DNA of 64,000 nucleotides from Candidatus Chisholmbacteria bacterium RIFCSPHIGHO2_01_FULL_52_32. GTDB taxonomy: Bacteria; Patescibacteriota; Microgenomatia; UBA1400; Chisholmbacteraceae. A program made the position numbers and the translations under genes. Numbering within the stretch: the stretch's first letter is position 1; each line of letters opens with the position of its first letter. This document shows positions 9,988 to 20,403 of the stretch, piece by piece. The notes under the pieces are model-generated. The model made no database searches and was not told the DNA's origin. It was given only the letters and a program-made list of their open reading frames with translations. The stretch lies in the NCBI GenBank assembly GCA_001816585.1, contig MHCJ01000003.1:522681-586680 (forward strand). The letters run 5' to 3'.

Positions 9988-10899
9988 TCAATATTTTTTA
10001 TCTTCTGTACCCCAGCTTCTTAAGAATTGTATCCAGATTTCCGGGACGCTGCGAGAATAACCACCGGCACAGAGGGTGCAACAATGTTCAATGCCTTTGA
10101 GCTTTTCTCCAAGTTTTTCGTAGGTTTCAAGCTCCAGTTTGATATTTGCCAATGGATCCTCCTTAAACGTATCGGCACCCAGTACCAGAACAGTCAGGTC
10201 GGGATTGAACTTTTTGTGCAAACGGAGCCCCTCTTCAACTGCGGCGAGAAATTGGATTTCCCCTGCTCCCGGGTTAAGGATGATGTTCCGGTTGAATCCC
10301 TTTCCTTTTCCCTCCCCTTCCTGCTTTGGGAATCCCGTTCCCGGATACAGCGTGTGAGGATCCTGATGGATCGAAAGGGTGAAGACCGTCGGGTCATCGT
10401 AGAAGATTTCCTGCGTGCCTTGACCCGCATGTACATCAACGTCAAACACGAAGGCTGTTTTGATTTTCTTCTCTTTTTGAAGCTTTCGAATGGCGATGGC
10501 GTGATCGTTGAAGATGCAAAACCCGGAGGAATCGGATATGCCGGCATGGTGGAGTCCACCGAGGAGATTCATCACCCGTTTACCGCCCAGGGCTAGCTCA
10601 GTCGCAAGGATTGTTCCGCCCACTGAAAAATATGCTGCTTCCAAAACTCCCGCATCCACTGGTGTGTCGATGGAAAGTGCGCCACCACTTTGGGCAAGGT
10701 ATTTCACGCGATTCAGGTACTCTCCGGCGTGGGCAAGCAGGATGTCCTTATCTTTTGCTCTTTGGGGTTTATGAAGCTTGTAAGGAAGCGTTGTTTCTTT
10801 GAGTCGTTTCAGAAACACTTCTGCTCTTTCGGGCCAAAACGGATGACCGGGACCGAAACTATAGTCAAGGTATTTGGGGTGAAAGACAATATGAAGCAT
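9988..10899 (-). CDS. Histone deacetylase/AcuC family deacetylase
   Basis: GHPF.PER, GGLHHA, GFCIFND, DVDVH.G.GT, GAD...D, GGY. Confidence 0.93.
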   Translation of the reverse strand: MLHIVFHPKYLDYSFGPGHPFWPERAEVFLKRLKETTLPYKLHKPQRAKDKDILLAHAGEYLNRVKYLAQSGGALSIDTPVDAGVLEAAYFSVGGTILATELALGGKRVMNLLGGLHHAGISDSSGFCIFNDHAIAIRKLQKEKKIKTAFVFDVDVHAGQGTQEIFYDDPTVFTLSIHQDPHTLYPGTGFPKQEGEGKGKGFNRNIILNPGAGEIQFLAAVEEGLRLHKKFNPDLTVLVLGADTFKEDPLANIKLELETYEKLGEKLKGIEHCCTLCAGGYSRSVPEIWIQFLRSWGTEDKKY

Positions 10900-11008
10900 G
10901 AATTAAGAATTATGAATCATGAATTATGGACTGGGGATAAAATTTTCTTCTGGTTCCTTTGGATTGCTTTTACCATTATTCTTTATTCCTCATTCATTAT
11001 TCTTTTTC

Positions 11009-11491
11009 TCAGCTTTCCGGTGTTTCCCGTAAGCGCCGAGAAAATTCTTTTTTCGTCATGTAGCCTAAGAGAAAAAGCGGCGCGGCAACGTGGGCGATCC
11101 CGGCATCCTTCGGAATCCGGTTCAACGGAAACCACTTTATTTGATCAAATTTCTCCGGCTCAAGTATCTTTGGTATTCCTTTCTTCACTTTGCATAGGAA
11201 TGTCACACAATGCCAATGGATACGAGATTTCGGAAGGATTTGGTCCCAATGGCCGATGGGTTCTTCGATCGTGATCTCTATTCCCACTTCCTCCATTGTT
11301 TCTCTTTTCACCGCATCTTCCACCCGCTCGCCGAACTCCACTTCCCCACCCGGGATTGACCATAATCCTGCTGTCGTGCGGTGATTGGCAATCTTTTTGT
11401 TTCGCTTCATGAGCAGAATTTCGTTCTTCCCATTCAGAACGACCGCACCGCAACCTACTCCGATAAAATCCTTCCCCGTTATCATTTTCAT
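11009..11491 (-). CDS. NUDIX hydrolase
   Basis: Nudix box GGEVEFGERVEDAVKRETMEEVG. Confidence 0.93.
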   Translation of the reverse strand: MKMITGKDFIGVGCGAVVLNGKNEILLMKRNKKIANHRTTAGLWSIPGGEVEFGERVEDAVKRETMEEVGIEITIEEPIGHWDQILPKSRIHWHCVTFLCKVKKGIPKILEPEKFDQIKWFPLNRIPKDAGIAHVAAPLFLLGYMTKKEFSRRLRETPES

Positions 11492-12213
11492 AGCTGCTGT
11501 TGGAGCTTTCTTGGCAAGTTTCTTGATCCCTCCCGAAAAGTGAGACCGGACATTTTCTCTTTATATTTTTTAATAAACCTCACCACCTCTTCCGGTCTGC
11601 TTTTGCACAGTTCCCGCAGGGTCCAGCCGATCGCTTTGCGGATAAAGAAGCGTTCTTCTTTCGACCAGGTTTTCCCTTCCTCAAACATCGGGACTGCGAG
11701 CTTGAAAAAGAGTGCGTGGTCCCCTTTCCCTTTTCGGAAAAGCAATATTTGCGAGAGGAGAGAGGCCCGGCGGACCCAGAAGTTTTTGGATGTTGCCCAT
11801 TTCGAAAGGTAACGAATGGCCTTGGGGTCGTTTTCGATCATCGCTCCGACAAGATGGGCGGCAATCTCGTCCAAGTGATCCCAACCCGTGGCTTCTTTGA
11901 TCATTATTTCAATGAAGGGCATGTGGCTGACGGTAAGATGCTTTTTCTTTTCCGCGAGTATCATGATGGCGATCGTTTTTTCATCATGCCACTGCGAATC
12001 CCACAGTTTTTCGGCAAGTTTTTCGAGTTCAGGGATTTCGATTTTCGGATGGTCTTTGAACCACTGGTTGACGATTACCCTCCTTCTTGACATGTCCACA
12101 CCATAAAACTTCCACGGGCTTTTCAGGTACTTCTTTTCGCCTTCGGCGCGCTTCGGGTTGACTTGGCGCTTGAGTTCCTGTCTAAACCAAACTATTTCCT
12201 CAACGATGTTCAT
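11488..12213 (-). CDS. DNA alkylation repair protein (AlkD-like HEAT-repeat glycosylase)
   Basis: WDHLD, FWVRRAS, FFIRKAIGWTLRE. Confidence 0.9.
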   Translation of the reverse strand: MNIVEEIVWFRQELKRQVNPKRAEGEKKYLKSPWKFYGVDMSRRRVIVNQWFKDHPKIEIPELEKLAEKLWDSQWHDEKTIAIMILAEKKKHLTVSHMPFIEIMIKEATGWDHLDEIAAHLVGAMIENDPKAIRYLSKWATSKNFWVRRASLLSQILLFRKGKGDHALFFKLAVPMFEEGKTWSKEERFFIRKAIGWTLRELCKSRPEEVVRFIKKYKEKMSGLTFREGSRNLPRKLQQQL

Positions 12214-12824
12214 TTCTCCTCCAAGTGTGATGTATCCGAGAGAACGGCTATGTGATATTCGCCCCAGCGATCTTTTTCAAGTACGGTCACGCCGGCGTTC
12301 TGAAATGCCGTTCCTTCCTTGAGAGGTTTTTTTATCAGCAATTGGAGAAGGTACCACTGTGTGCCTCCATGGGTGACAATCGCAACGATTTTTTGTTTAT
12401 ATTTCTTGTTGAGATTATTGAGGAAAGCGTGTAACCGAGCTTTTGTTTCTCTGATAGATTCCCCACCATGCCCCTTGTAGGTTTCATCCGTATCATTAAA
12501 AAAATTCTCCCAAATTTTCTTTATTCGTACGTCTTTCTCTTCTTTGTGCCTTCCTTCGAGCAATCCCATTGCCCGTTCGCGCAGCTTCGTGGTTTTGATT
12601 GGCTTGATTCCGAGGGACTTTGCAATTGAATGGGTCGTCTGTACCGCTCGTTTGAGATCGGAGGTGAAAAGCGCGTTAATCACCTCGCCCTTGAGTCTTC
12701 GCGCAAGTTTCTTCGCCTGAAGCTTGCCTGCTGCATTTAAAGGAACATCTACCCACCCATGCCACTTTCCCAAGCGGTTGTATTCTGTTTCACCGTGACG
12801 GATGAGGATGATCTTTTTGGGCAT
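12210..12824 (-). CDS. Histidine phosphatase family protein
   Basis: LIRHGET, SDLKRA, GGES, VTHGG. Confidence 0.93.
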   Translation of the reverse strand: MPKKIILIRHGETEYNRLGKWHGWVDVPLNAAGKLQAKKLARRLKGEVINALFTSDLKRAVQTTHSIAKSLGIKPIKTTKLRERAMGLLEGRHKEEKDVRIKKIWENFFNDTDETYKGHGGESIRETKARLHAFLNNLNKKYKQKIVAIVTHGGTQWYLLQLLIKKPLKEGTAFQNAGVTVLEKDRWGEYHIAVLSDTSHLEEK

Positions 12825-12869
12825 TTTTATTGGCGCGTACAGGTGCGACCTGTACGATTTGTTTTCATA

Positions 12870-13862
12870 CTACTCTTTTGGTTCGTAGATTGCCCCTTTT
12901 GTCACGCCTCTTTTCTTAATGAATTCTGCGTCTTGGAGTTTTTTTAAATCATACCTCAAGAGCCGATCCGAAACAGCCATAAAGCGCCTTCTTACGAAGT
13001 CGAACGATACCTGTCTATGATCTTTAATGATTCTCAATATTTCATAGCGACGAGGAGGAAGAAGTTCTTCTTTGTTTGTTTTCCCAGGCCGAGCTTGAGC
13101 CTTTACTGCATCTTTGAAGGAGACTTTCAGACTTTGCAAGAAAAATTCAACAAAGAAAGTGATATCGTTTTTCCTCATGGCTAAAAGATCGTAATAGGCT
13201 GTTCTTTCTTGATCGAAATACTCTTCGAACGCCACGAGACCTCTCAAATCAAACTTCCATTTTTTCAGAAGAAGGTGTATCAACAGGCGTCCTACTCTCC
13301 CATTGCCATCCAAGAAGGGGTGGATTTTTTCAAACGCGTGGTGAGTGAGCGCAGCTTTCACGGGAGCGAATGGCTCGTTGTCCTCGTTCACGTAATGGAG
13401 TAACTGATTGAGTAGGTCCTTGATTTCTTGTGGGGGTGGACAAACGTAGATGGCGATCCCCGCTTGGTTGAAGATTGCTGATGGTTCCCCGCGAAGTATT
13501 CCTGCTTCTGGAGAGAGATCATTCAAGACCATTGCATTGAGGTTTTTGATGTCATCGATAGACACGTCTTTCTTCCATGAATGTTTCAAGACAAACTCAA
13601 GGGTTCTCACGAGATTCCAAAGCTCACGTTTGTGTTTCTCTTTTGAATTCTTAATGCTTTGAGTCGACACTTCTTCCAGTGTCTTAGGGTTGCCTTCAAT
13701 CCTTGCAGAGTACACTGCGCTTTTCAGAATGCTTTTCCGGCGAGTATATTTCTCAAGAAGGATATCTTGAGGAAAGAGATCAAATTCTGTCTTTAACCGC
13801 TCTATCTGTTGAAGTAAGATAACGATGTTTTTATTGAGCGTGTATGGTGGAGGGATGTTCAC
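12870..13862 (-). CDS. Fic family protein with C-terminal HTH
   Basis: HPFLDGNGRVGR Fic motif; SARIEGN; C-terminal winged-helix-like segment. Confidence 0.93.
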   Translation of the reverse strand: MNIPPPYTLNKNIVILLQQIERLKTEFDLFPQDILLEKYTRRKSILKSAVYSARIEGNPKTLEEVSTQSIKNSKEKHKRELWNLVRTLEFVLKHSWKKDVSIDDIKNLNAMVLNDLSPEAGILRGEPSAIFNQAGIAIYVCPPPQEIKDLLNQLLHYVNEDNEPFAPVKAALTHHAFEKIHPFLDGNGRVGRLLIHLLLKKWKFDLRGLVAFEEYFDQERTAYYDLLAMRKNDITFFVEFFLQSLKVSFKDAVKAQARPGKTNKEELLPPRRYEILRIIKDHRQVSFDFVRRRFMAVSDRLLRYDLKKLQDAEFIKKRGVTKGAIYEPKE

Positions 13863-13962
13863 GTAACAAGATTACCAGATATTTCCTGATATTTCCATAT
13901 GTTTCCTGATATTTCCGGATAATTTGTGTGCAGGTGCGACCTGCCCCCCAACCACTTTGATT

Positions 13963-14529
13963 TCATTTTTTCGCTGTGTCTAGACTGTGCCAAAGAGCGA
14001 TGCAACCGTAGGATCGGTATGGGCTCCATCTTTTAATGATCTTTTCTATTCGTGATCGGGTTGGGTGCTTAAGATTGTAGAGTTTGGTGATTGCCGTTCT
14101 TAGTCCTTGGTCACCGTGAGAATAGACGTCTTCACGCCCCAACGAGAAGATCAGGAACATCTCAGCGGTCCAAGTCCCGATTCCTTTCACTTTGATCAGT
14201 TCCTGAATCACCTCATCGTCAGGCATCTTGGGGAGAGCGGAAAGATCTAATTCACCGCTTTTTGTTGCCACAGCGATATTTTTGACGTAGCTCGCTTTGG
14301 ACCAGGACATGCCTGCCTTCCTTAAGTTGTCATCCGAAAGGGAGAGCACGACCTCCGGGGTCACTTTCTTGCCAGGTATCAGGGCGAGAAAACGTTCGTA
14401 GATGGTTGTGGCTGCTTTGTCCGAGAGCTGTTGGGAGATGATATCCGAGCAGAGGCTTGAGAAAAATTTGGAGTTGGGGCGTTTTTTCACCCATTTCCCC
14501 AAGTTCAGGTCTTTCAGTATCGAATACAT
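13963..14529 (-). CDS. DNA-3-methyladenine glycosylase II (AlkA/HhH-GPD); true start may be ~45 nt upstream
   Basis: IISQQLS, VKGIGTWTAEMFLIF.LGR.D, WSPYRS. Confidence 0.9.
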   Translation of the reverse strand: MYSILKDLNLGKWVKKRPNSKFFSSLCSDIISQQLSDKAATTIYERFLALIPGKKVTPEVVLSLSDDNLRKAGMSWSKASYVKNIAVATKSGELDLSALPKMPDDEVIQELIKVKGIGTWTAEMFLIFSLGREDVYSHGDQGLRTAITKLYNLKHPTRSRIEKIIKRWSPYRSYGCIALWHSLDTAKK

Positions 14530-14618
14530 GATCGGATCGGCTTTTCTGAAGTGGTGTTTGATTGTTATGGTGTTCAGATACTTCGTTTTGCAGGTCCGAC
14601 CTGTACGTACTCGTTTTA

Positions 14619-15482
14619 TTACCCGATTATGTTTAACGGTTTGTGTTTGATTTTGGTATGTTTTACTAATCTTATCAAAACATCCGCAAAATCCCGAGGA
14701 AGGTCCAGGGCGTGATAATCCGCGGAAATCACTCTTTTACCATCGCGCGTAAATGTCATTACCCTTTCTATATCTGCAGTTAATGGTGTCCCGTCTTTCA
14801 TGAGATTTACATGGAGTGTGAATCCTTGCCGGTGATCTTGAAGGCTTATAGTGACGAGCCCTTGGGAGGTTAACATCAGCGGTACGTATCTGTGTTCATA
14901 AATTCTTTCATCCGAATCAGCGTGTTGTGTACTCATCTGGGATGCGATGACAATCGGAGTATATCTCTCCTGCAATGCAACTGGGTGTATGAGTTGAAAA
15001 ACAGGATCGATGATCACAGCGTGTTTGTCAACCAGGTCTTTAATGCTCTGATTGTATCCTTCCTGAAGCTGTGTCCCGCTTGATAATATCCAGAGATGAG
15101 TTCCATCACTCCCTGGTGTGACTTGCGAAAAAAATGGAGAAACCGTTCCACCCACAAAATATGTGAAAACATTTGGGTGCTCGAACTGTAAGACCTCTCG
15201 CAGCAATTCACTCTGGTCTCTGCACCAGTAGAGTTCTCTGGGGTGATCTCTGGTATAGAGGTTCGGGAGAATCAGAGCAGGAATATTTTTATCGAGAAGC
15301 GGTGTTCCCGAGTATTCGGCCAAAGGCTCATAGATACCATAGGTAAATCCTTTCATATACCTCTCGGCATCCCGGAAGAAACGAGCATACGATTCGACCG
15401 GCAATGGGCCCCTCATATACTCGGCTAAGTCCGGTATCGGCAATGTATTTTCGAATGATTCTATTCTTCTCATACTTTTCAT
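14619..15482 (-). CDS. Hypothetical protein
   Basis: 287-aa ORF co-oriented with neighbours; no recognised motif. Confidence 0.55.
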   Translation of the reverse strand: MKSMRRIESFENTLPIPDLAEYMRGPLPVESYARFFRDAERYMKGFTYGIYEPLAEYSGTPLLDKNIPALILPNLYTRDHPRELYWCRDQSELLREVLQFEHPNVFTYFVGGTVSPFFSQVTPGSDGTHLWILSSGTQLQEGYNQSIKDLVDKHAVIIDPVFQLIHPVALQERYTPIVIASQMSTQHADSDERIYEHRYVPLMLTSQGLVTISLQDHRQGFTLHVNLMKDGTPLTADIERVMTFTRDGKRVISADYHALDLPRDFADVLIRLVKHTKIKHKPLNIIG

Positions 15483-15508
15483 CGATACGCCGATGAATGT
15501 CCTGGTGG

Positions 15509-16759
15509 CTACTTTCGAAAGTATTTCTTCCCTTTCAATTTCTCCGGCAGAAGGTCTTCACGGGAGTATTTCTCGTATCCGCGGCCATAGCCGAGATTTT
15601 TCATCAGCTTCGTAACGGGGTTGCGAAGATTCAAGGGAATGGGGAGATTGCCGTGTTTTTTTACGTCGTCGACTGCCCGGAAATACGCCTCATAGGCGGA
15701 GCGGTCTTTTTTTGCAGTGGCAAGGTAGACTACGCCATGGGCAAGGTTGATCGCACATTCCGGATAGCCGATGGTTTCGCAGGCGCGGAAGACTTCGTTG
15801 GCGACGACCAATGCTGTGGGTTGGGCCATCCCTATGTCTTCGGAGGCGAATATCACCATTCGGCGGGCGATGAACAGCGGGTCTTCGCCGGCATCGACCA
15901 TGCGGGCAAGGTAGTAGAGGGCGGCGTCGATGTTACTGGCTCTCATGCTTTTAATAAATGAGCTAATGGTGTTGTAGTGCTCTTCTCCCGCCTGGTCGTA
16001 GCGGAGGAATTTTGCCTGGAGTGCATTTTTGAGGTTCTCGACCGTGATCCGCCGATAGAGCCGTGCGGTGACTTCAAGGAGATTGAGGATTTGCCGCGCG
16101 TCGCCGTTTGAAAATCGGATGAGAAAATCCTGTGCGTTTTTAGGAACTTTGAGCCGTAGTTCTTTTGCCCCGCTCGTAACAATCCGGGCGAGTTCCTTCT
16201 CCGACAGCTCGTTGAGAACGAATACCTGACACCGGGACATGAGAGGCGGAATGACCTCGAAGCTCGGGTTCTCCGTGGTCGCGCCGATTAAAACGATCGT
16301 GCCGTCTTCAACGAAAGGCAGAAGGTAATCCTGTTGGGCTTTGTTGAAGCGGTGGATCTCATCTAAAAAAACTATGTTTTTTTTGGAAATGTTTGATGTT
16401 TGACCCGCCTGACGGCGAGGCAGGTGTTTAATGTTTAATTGCTGTTGTGCAGAACTCTTCACGCTTCTCACAATGTTTCTTATATCGTCTTTTCCGGCTG
16501 ATACGGCAGACAAGTGATGGAATTTTCCTCCGATTTCGCTTGCGATGATTCTTGCGAGCGTTGTCTTGCCGCTCCCCGGAGGTCCCCAGAAAATCATCGA
16601 ATGGATTTGTTTCTTTTCAATGGCCAGGCGAACTGGTTTCCCGGGACCGACTAGGTGAACCTGACCGATAAACTTTGAGAGCTTCTGGGGGCGGATACGA
16701 TCGGCAAGGGGTCTTTCCGAACTCCCGTTACCGGATAGCGGTTGGTTTTGTGACGTCAT
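15509..16759 (-). CDS. rarA: Replication-associated recombination protein A (RarA/MgsA)
   Basis: [44 protein letters not shown]. Confidence 0.96.
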   Translation of the reverse strand: MTSQNQPLSGNGSSERPLADRIRPQKLSKFIGQVHLVGPGKPVRLAIEKKQIHSMIFWGPPGSGKTTLARIIASEIGGKFHHLSAVSAGKDDIRNIVRSVKSSAQQQLNIKHLPRRQAGQTSNISKKNIVFLDEIHRFNKAQQDYLLPFVEDGTIVLIGATTENPSFEVIPPLMSRCQVFVLNELSEKELARIVTSGAKELRLKVPKNAQDFLIRFSNGDARQILNLLEVTARLYRRITVENLKNALQAKFLRYDQAGEEHYNTISSFIKSMRASNIDAALYYLARMVDAGEDPLFIARRMVIFASEDIGMAQPTALVVANEVFRACETIGYPECAINLAHGVVYLATAKKDRSAYEAYFRAVDDVKKHGNLPIPLNLRNPVTKLMKNLGYGRGYEKYSREDLLPEKLKGKKYFRK

Positions 16760-18113
16760 GTTTCAAAGCTTAATCGAATTAAACCCGAATATCAAGCAAC
16801 AACTCATGAAGTGGCGTCTTTTCCCTAAATTGATTATGATGTGCTCTGTGAACAAAACCCACATTATTTTTGTTTCCATCCTCACGTTCCTGCTCCTTTC
16901 TTACAAACTCACCTGGCCATTTTGGGGACATCACGAGTTCAATGGGGTGTATTACGGCATGATCGCGAAGAATTATCTGCGGTATGGGCTTTGGGCAACG
17001 AAGGGCGGACAGGTAAATAATCTCTATCCTGCTCTCCCTTCCGAGTGGAGTTATCACGTGAACCATCCGGCGACCTATCCGCTTCTGTTGGCTTTATCAT
17101 TCCGCATGTTTGGCGTTACGGAGGTAACCGCAAGACTGGTTTCCATTATCGCTTCAGTGCTCGGGGTCGTGTTTTTGGCAAAGCTCTTAAGCGCCCTTTA
17201 TAAGGATCATGTTGCTTGGCTTGCCGCTGTGGTTGTCATTTTTTCCCCGCTTTTTCTCTACTTCGGATCGCTGCCGGTGTTTGAACCGATTCTCTTTCCC
17301 GTCGTCACCCTTGGGCTTTGGCGCTACTTTATAACGCGAAGGATTAAATTCCCCGGGTCGGTTATCATCGTCTCCTTTGCCGCATCGCTGATTGACTGGC
17401 CGGGGTTTTGGCTTCCGGTTTCTCTAATCGTCTATGAGTGGCTGACCCGAAAGAGGAAGAAGCTCATTCTTTTTCTTGTGGCAACTACCCTTCTCGCGTT
17501 CTTCATTATTATTGCGCATCAAGCCATTGTTACCGGCAGTGCACTTGAAAACCTCAAAGGGGTTTTTGAATATCGCTTCAGTGTCACAAAACAACCCTAC
17601 ACTCCGATCGCTTGGGTACGGCTCCTGGCTGCCCGCACCCGGGCTTTTTGGGGGCTTCCGATCATTGTTGCCTCCGGCATTGGATATCTTTTGGCTTTCC
17701 GCGGCACGCGAAAGCTTGGGGGTTTTCTCTCCGCAATCCTTGCTTTAGGGCTTGCCCATATCCTGGTTTTCCGCAACATCACTTGGTATCACGACTATAT
17801 GCTCTATCACACTATTCCTTTCGTCGGTGCCTCCCTCGGAAGCTTACTGAGCTTTGTTTTTCGAAAAACCCGGTCTCGAATCGCGGTTTATATGTTGGTT
17901 GCAATTCTCATCGGATTGACCATCACCACTACCAATGCGTTTTTTATTGCTTTAGCTTCGATGAATGGTTATAAGGACTGTACCGAAATGGCCTACGCTG
18001 CCCGAACCAACCCGACGCCGCTCACCTTTCGACTTTCTCAGGAAAAGGCCAAAGAATGTCCGCCGTTTGTTGGGTTTTACGCAGAAAAGCCGTTCGGAAT
18101 CAAAGCTTATTAG
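16758..18113 (+). CDS. ArnT/PMT-like (GT39/GT83) membrane glycosyltransferase; start probably ~16836-16848
   Basis: E..Y..IAKN, NHP, FGVTEVTARL, many TM helices. Confidence 0.8.
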   Translation: MFQSLIELNPNIKQQLMKWRLFPKLIMMCSVNKTHIIFVSILTFLLLSYKLTWPFWGHHEFNGVYYGMIAKNYLRYGLWATKGGQVNNLYPALPSEWSYHVNHPATYPLLLALSFRMFGVTEVTARLVSIIASVLGVVFLAKLLSALYKDHVAWLAAVVVIFSPLFLYFGSLPVFEPILFPVVTLGLWRYFITRRIKFPGSVIIVSFAASLIDWPGFWLPVSLIVYEWLTRKRKKLILFLVATTLLAFFIIIAHQAIVTGSALENLKGVFEYRFSVTKQPYTPIAWVRLLAARTRAFWGLPIIVASGIGYLLAFRGTRKLGGFLSAILALGLAHILVFRNITWYHDYMLYHTIPFVGASLGSLLSFVFRKTRSRIAVYMLVAILIGLTITTTNAFFIALASMNGYKDCTEMAYAARTNPTPLTFRLSQEKAKECPPFVGFYAEKPFGIKAY

Positions 18114-18145
18114 CTTGTAGCTTGTAGTTTGTAGCTTGTAGCTTT

Positions 18146-18535
18146 TTAGAGGCCGATCTTTAAGTCCACCGAAGGAATGCTTAAGTCTTTCTGGGCCGGA
18201 TCGAAGGCATCGATATCCGAAAGTAAATGGTCAATTTCTTCAGGAGCAAGGGTTGGTCTCGGAGGAATGGGTATGTTTGTGGGGGTGGGGGCCGGTGCTT
18301 CGGACCCCGGTGCTTCTTTTTCTTTCCCGCCTCTGAAGACCGAGGCGATCGAAAGAAGAATAGCCGTCGCTATGGCAAACGCCCCAAGGATCATAACGAA
18401 TTTCGCTTTCGGTGAGTTCTCGCTGATATTCTTGAGTGTGTTGAGGATTTTCTCGATACCGGTTTTCCTGACCGGTTGCTGTTCGGTGCCTTCCCCGCTC
18501 TCCTTTTTTAGGTCCTTCGGTAACGGTTGTTCCAT
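18146..18535 (-). CDS. Hypothetical single-TM protein with Pro-rich linker
   Basis: ORF, one TM segment, PTPT stretch. Confidence 0.6.
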   Translation of the reverse strand: MEQPLPKDLKKESGEGTEQQPVRKTGIEKILNTLKNISENSPKAKFVMILGAFAIATAILLSIASVFRGGKEKEAPGSEAPAPTPTNIPIPPRPTLAPEEIDHLLSDIDAFDPAQKDLSIPSVDLKIGL

Positions 18536-18545
18536 AGCTTAATAC

Positions 18546-19343
18546 TCAGAGGTTCTTCAGTTCTTTTATTAATTGTGTTGCTTCCTTCAGGGTTGTTTTA
18601 GCCCTTCGCATTTCCGCCTGCACTGCCTGATATACCGCCTGGCCCTTCGTGGCTGTTTTGGTTTTTCCGCTCTGGTAGTCCGCAAGAATTTGGTTGGCTC
18701 TGTCGGCGGTAACGCGAACCTGGGTGAGTTTTCTATTAATCTCGCTTACTCCTTCCTCAAAGCTTCTGTCTTTTGCCTCAGTTGCCTTCTGCTGTTCTTC
18801 AAGAAGAAGTCTGGCCCTCACCTCTAGCCCTTGGATCTCACCGATTAAAACGTATCCGAGCACCTCGTATGAGAGGTCCGAAATCGAATTTGCTTCCCGT
18901 TCAAGCCTGCCTGATTCCGCATTGACCTCGGCCAGGCTATTGATTTTTTCGACGTTCGCTTTATGTGTTTCAAGAAATGCCTGGGTTGCTTCAAGTTTCC
19001 CAACTTCCGATTCCCGTAGGCCGGAATCAAGCTGCCGCTTGGAAATGAGCCGAAGTTTTAACCGTTGAAGATAGGTGCGTAATACCTCGGCCCGAAGGAT
19101 AAGTACCGCCTTTGTTTTTTCGACTGCCTCCTTTTGAGCGGTGATTGTGCTGAATTTCTGATAGGTTTCTTTGGCCGTTTTGTATGCTTGGTACGCCTCC
19201 GCGTAGTTGGCATACTGGAAGAGGTAATCAGACCGGGCCCGATCCTCATCTTGTGAGATTGAAGCCGAATCTTGCGCTTGGAGAAGGACCCCGTTTAAAA
19301 GGAGAACAATCGTCAAGAGAACGAGGGTAAGCGCGCGTTTCAT
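18546..19343 (-). CDS. Secreted coiled-coil protein
   Basis: Signal peptide followed by helical, charged sequence. Confidence 0.7.
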   Translation of the reverse strand: MKRALTLVLLTIVLLLNGVLLQAQDSASISQDEDRARSDYLFQYANYAEAYQAYKTAKETYQKFSTITAQKEAVEKTKAVLILRAEVLRTYLQRLKLRLISKRQLDSGLRESEVGKLEATQAFLETHKANVEKINSLAEVNAESGRLEREANSISDLSYEVLGYVLIGEIQGLEVRARLLLEEQQKATEAKDRSFEEGVSEINRKLTQVRVTADRANQILADYQSGKTKTATKGQAVYQAVQAEMRRAKTTLKEATQLIKELKNL

Positions 19344-19391
19344 CTTCCTTAAGTCTAGCAGGTGTCCTCTGGTTGGGTCAAATGGGACGGG

Positions 19392-20381
19392 TTAAAACGA
19401 GGGGAGGTAGGCGGCCCGAAATCCCGGAGTAAAACGGGCCATCAGGCTTGACACCGGGTTCACCATGGTTTCGATTCTTCCCAGCAGGACGTCCAGCGCG
19501 GACTGGGTCCTGTAGCGGACGATCTTAACTTCCGTAAGGTTCTGAAGCTTTTTGGCCTCCTCCACGCCATCCTCGACCGATCCGAGGCCATCAATCAAGC
19601 GAAGTTCAAGCGCTTTATTCCCTGAGTAGATCTGCCCCTGGGCTAAACCATGCACGACGGTTTTATCCATGTTCCTTCCTTCGGAGACGCGGGAGACAAA
19701 CATGTCGTACGCGGTGTCGATGTACTCCTGGATAAGCTTTTTTTCCTCATCGGTCCTTCCTCTTGCGAATGAGGAGAAATCCTTGAATTTCCCGGATTTG
19801 TAGACCTCGACACTGACGCCGACTTTCTTTAATAACTCCTCGATGTTTGTGATCTCGGAGATTACGCCGATTGATCCGGTGAGGGTGGCGGGACTCGCTA
19901 TGATCCGGTCAGCCGCCACCGCAATATAGTAGGCGCCGGAGGTTGCGGTGTCTTCCATGACGACCACCACACTTTTCCCCGAGGCTCGAAAGGTTTTCAT
20001 CGCCTTGTAAATCTCATCCGCGGCAACCGGTGAGCCGCCCGGAGAGTTGAGTTCAATGACAACGGCTTTGACTTGGTCATCTTTGAGGATTTCCCGAAGC
20101 CAACGTTTTACCTCCCCCGGGGTAATGACGGTCGATGAGGCAAAGAAGTCTTCCGGACCGGAGGAAAGAATCAGCCCTTCCATACGGATAATCCCGATTT
20201 TGGCTTCTTCCTCTTCTCCGGAAATGACATCTTCAGAGAGGGAATTCTCTTGGATCCTGGCAAAAAATCCGGATACTGCGCCCACGGAAAACGCAGCTAC
20301 TGCCGTCACACCAAGAAACATGAGAACGACTGTGATAATAATGAACCGTTTTAGCCAAATCTTCATTGCAATTCCCATCAT
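19392..20381 (-). CDS. sppA: Signal peptide peptidase SppA (S49)
   Basis: NSPGGS, ATSGAYYIA, TGSIGV, KSGKFKD. Confidence 0.93.
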   Translation of the reverse strand: MMGIAMKIWLKRFIIITVVLMFLGVTAVAAFSVGAVSGFFARIQENSLSEDVISGEEEEAKIGIIRMEGLILSSGPEDFFASSTVITPGEVKRWLREILKDDQVKAVVIELNSPGGSPVAADEIYKAMKTFRASGKSVVVVMEDTATSGAYYIAVAADRIIASPATLTGSIGVISEITNIEELLKKVGVSVEVYKSGKFKDFSSFARGRTDEEKKLIQEYIDTAYDMFVSRVSEGRNMDKTVVHGLAQGQIYSGNKALELRLIDGLGSVEDGVEEAKKLQNLTEVKIVRYRTQSALDVLLGRIETMVNPVSSLMARFTPGFRAAYLPSF

Positions 20382-20403
20382 AGCAGGGAGAGAGAGAAGG
20401 GTC

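Noticed and set aside
12870-13862. Fic gene as half of a toxin-antitoxin pair
   Set aside because: No adjacent antitoxin ORF; SARIEGN resembles a built-in inhibitory motif, so it is probably self-regulated
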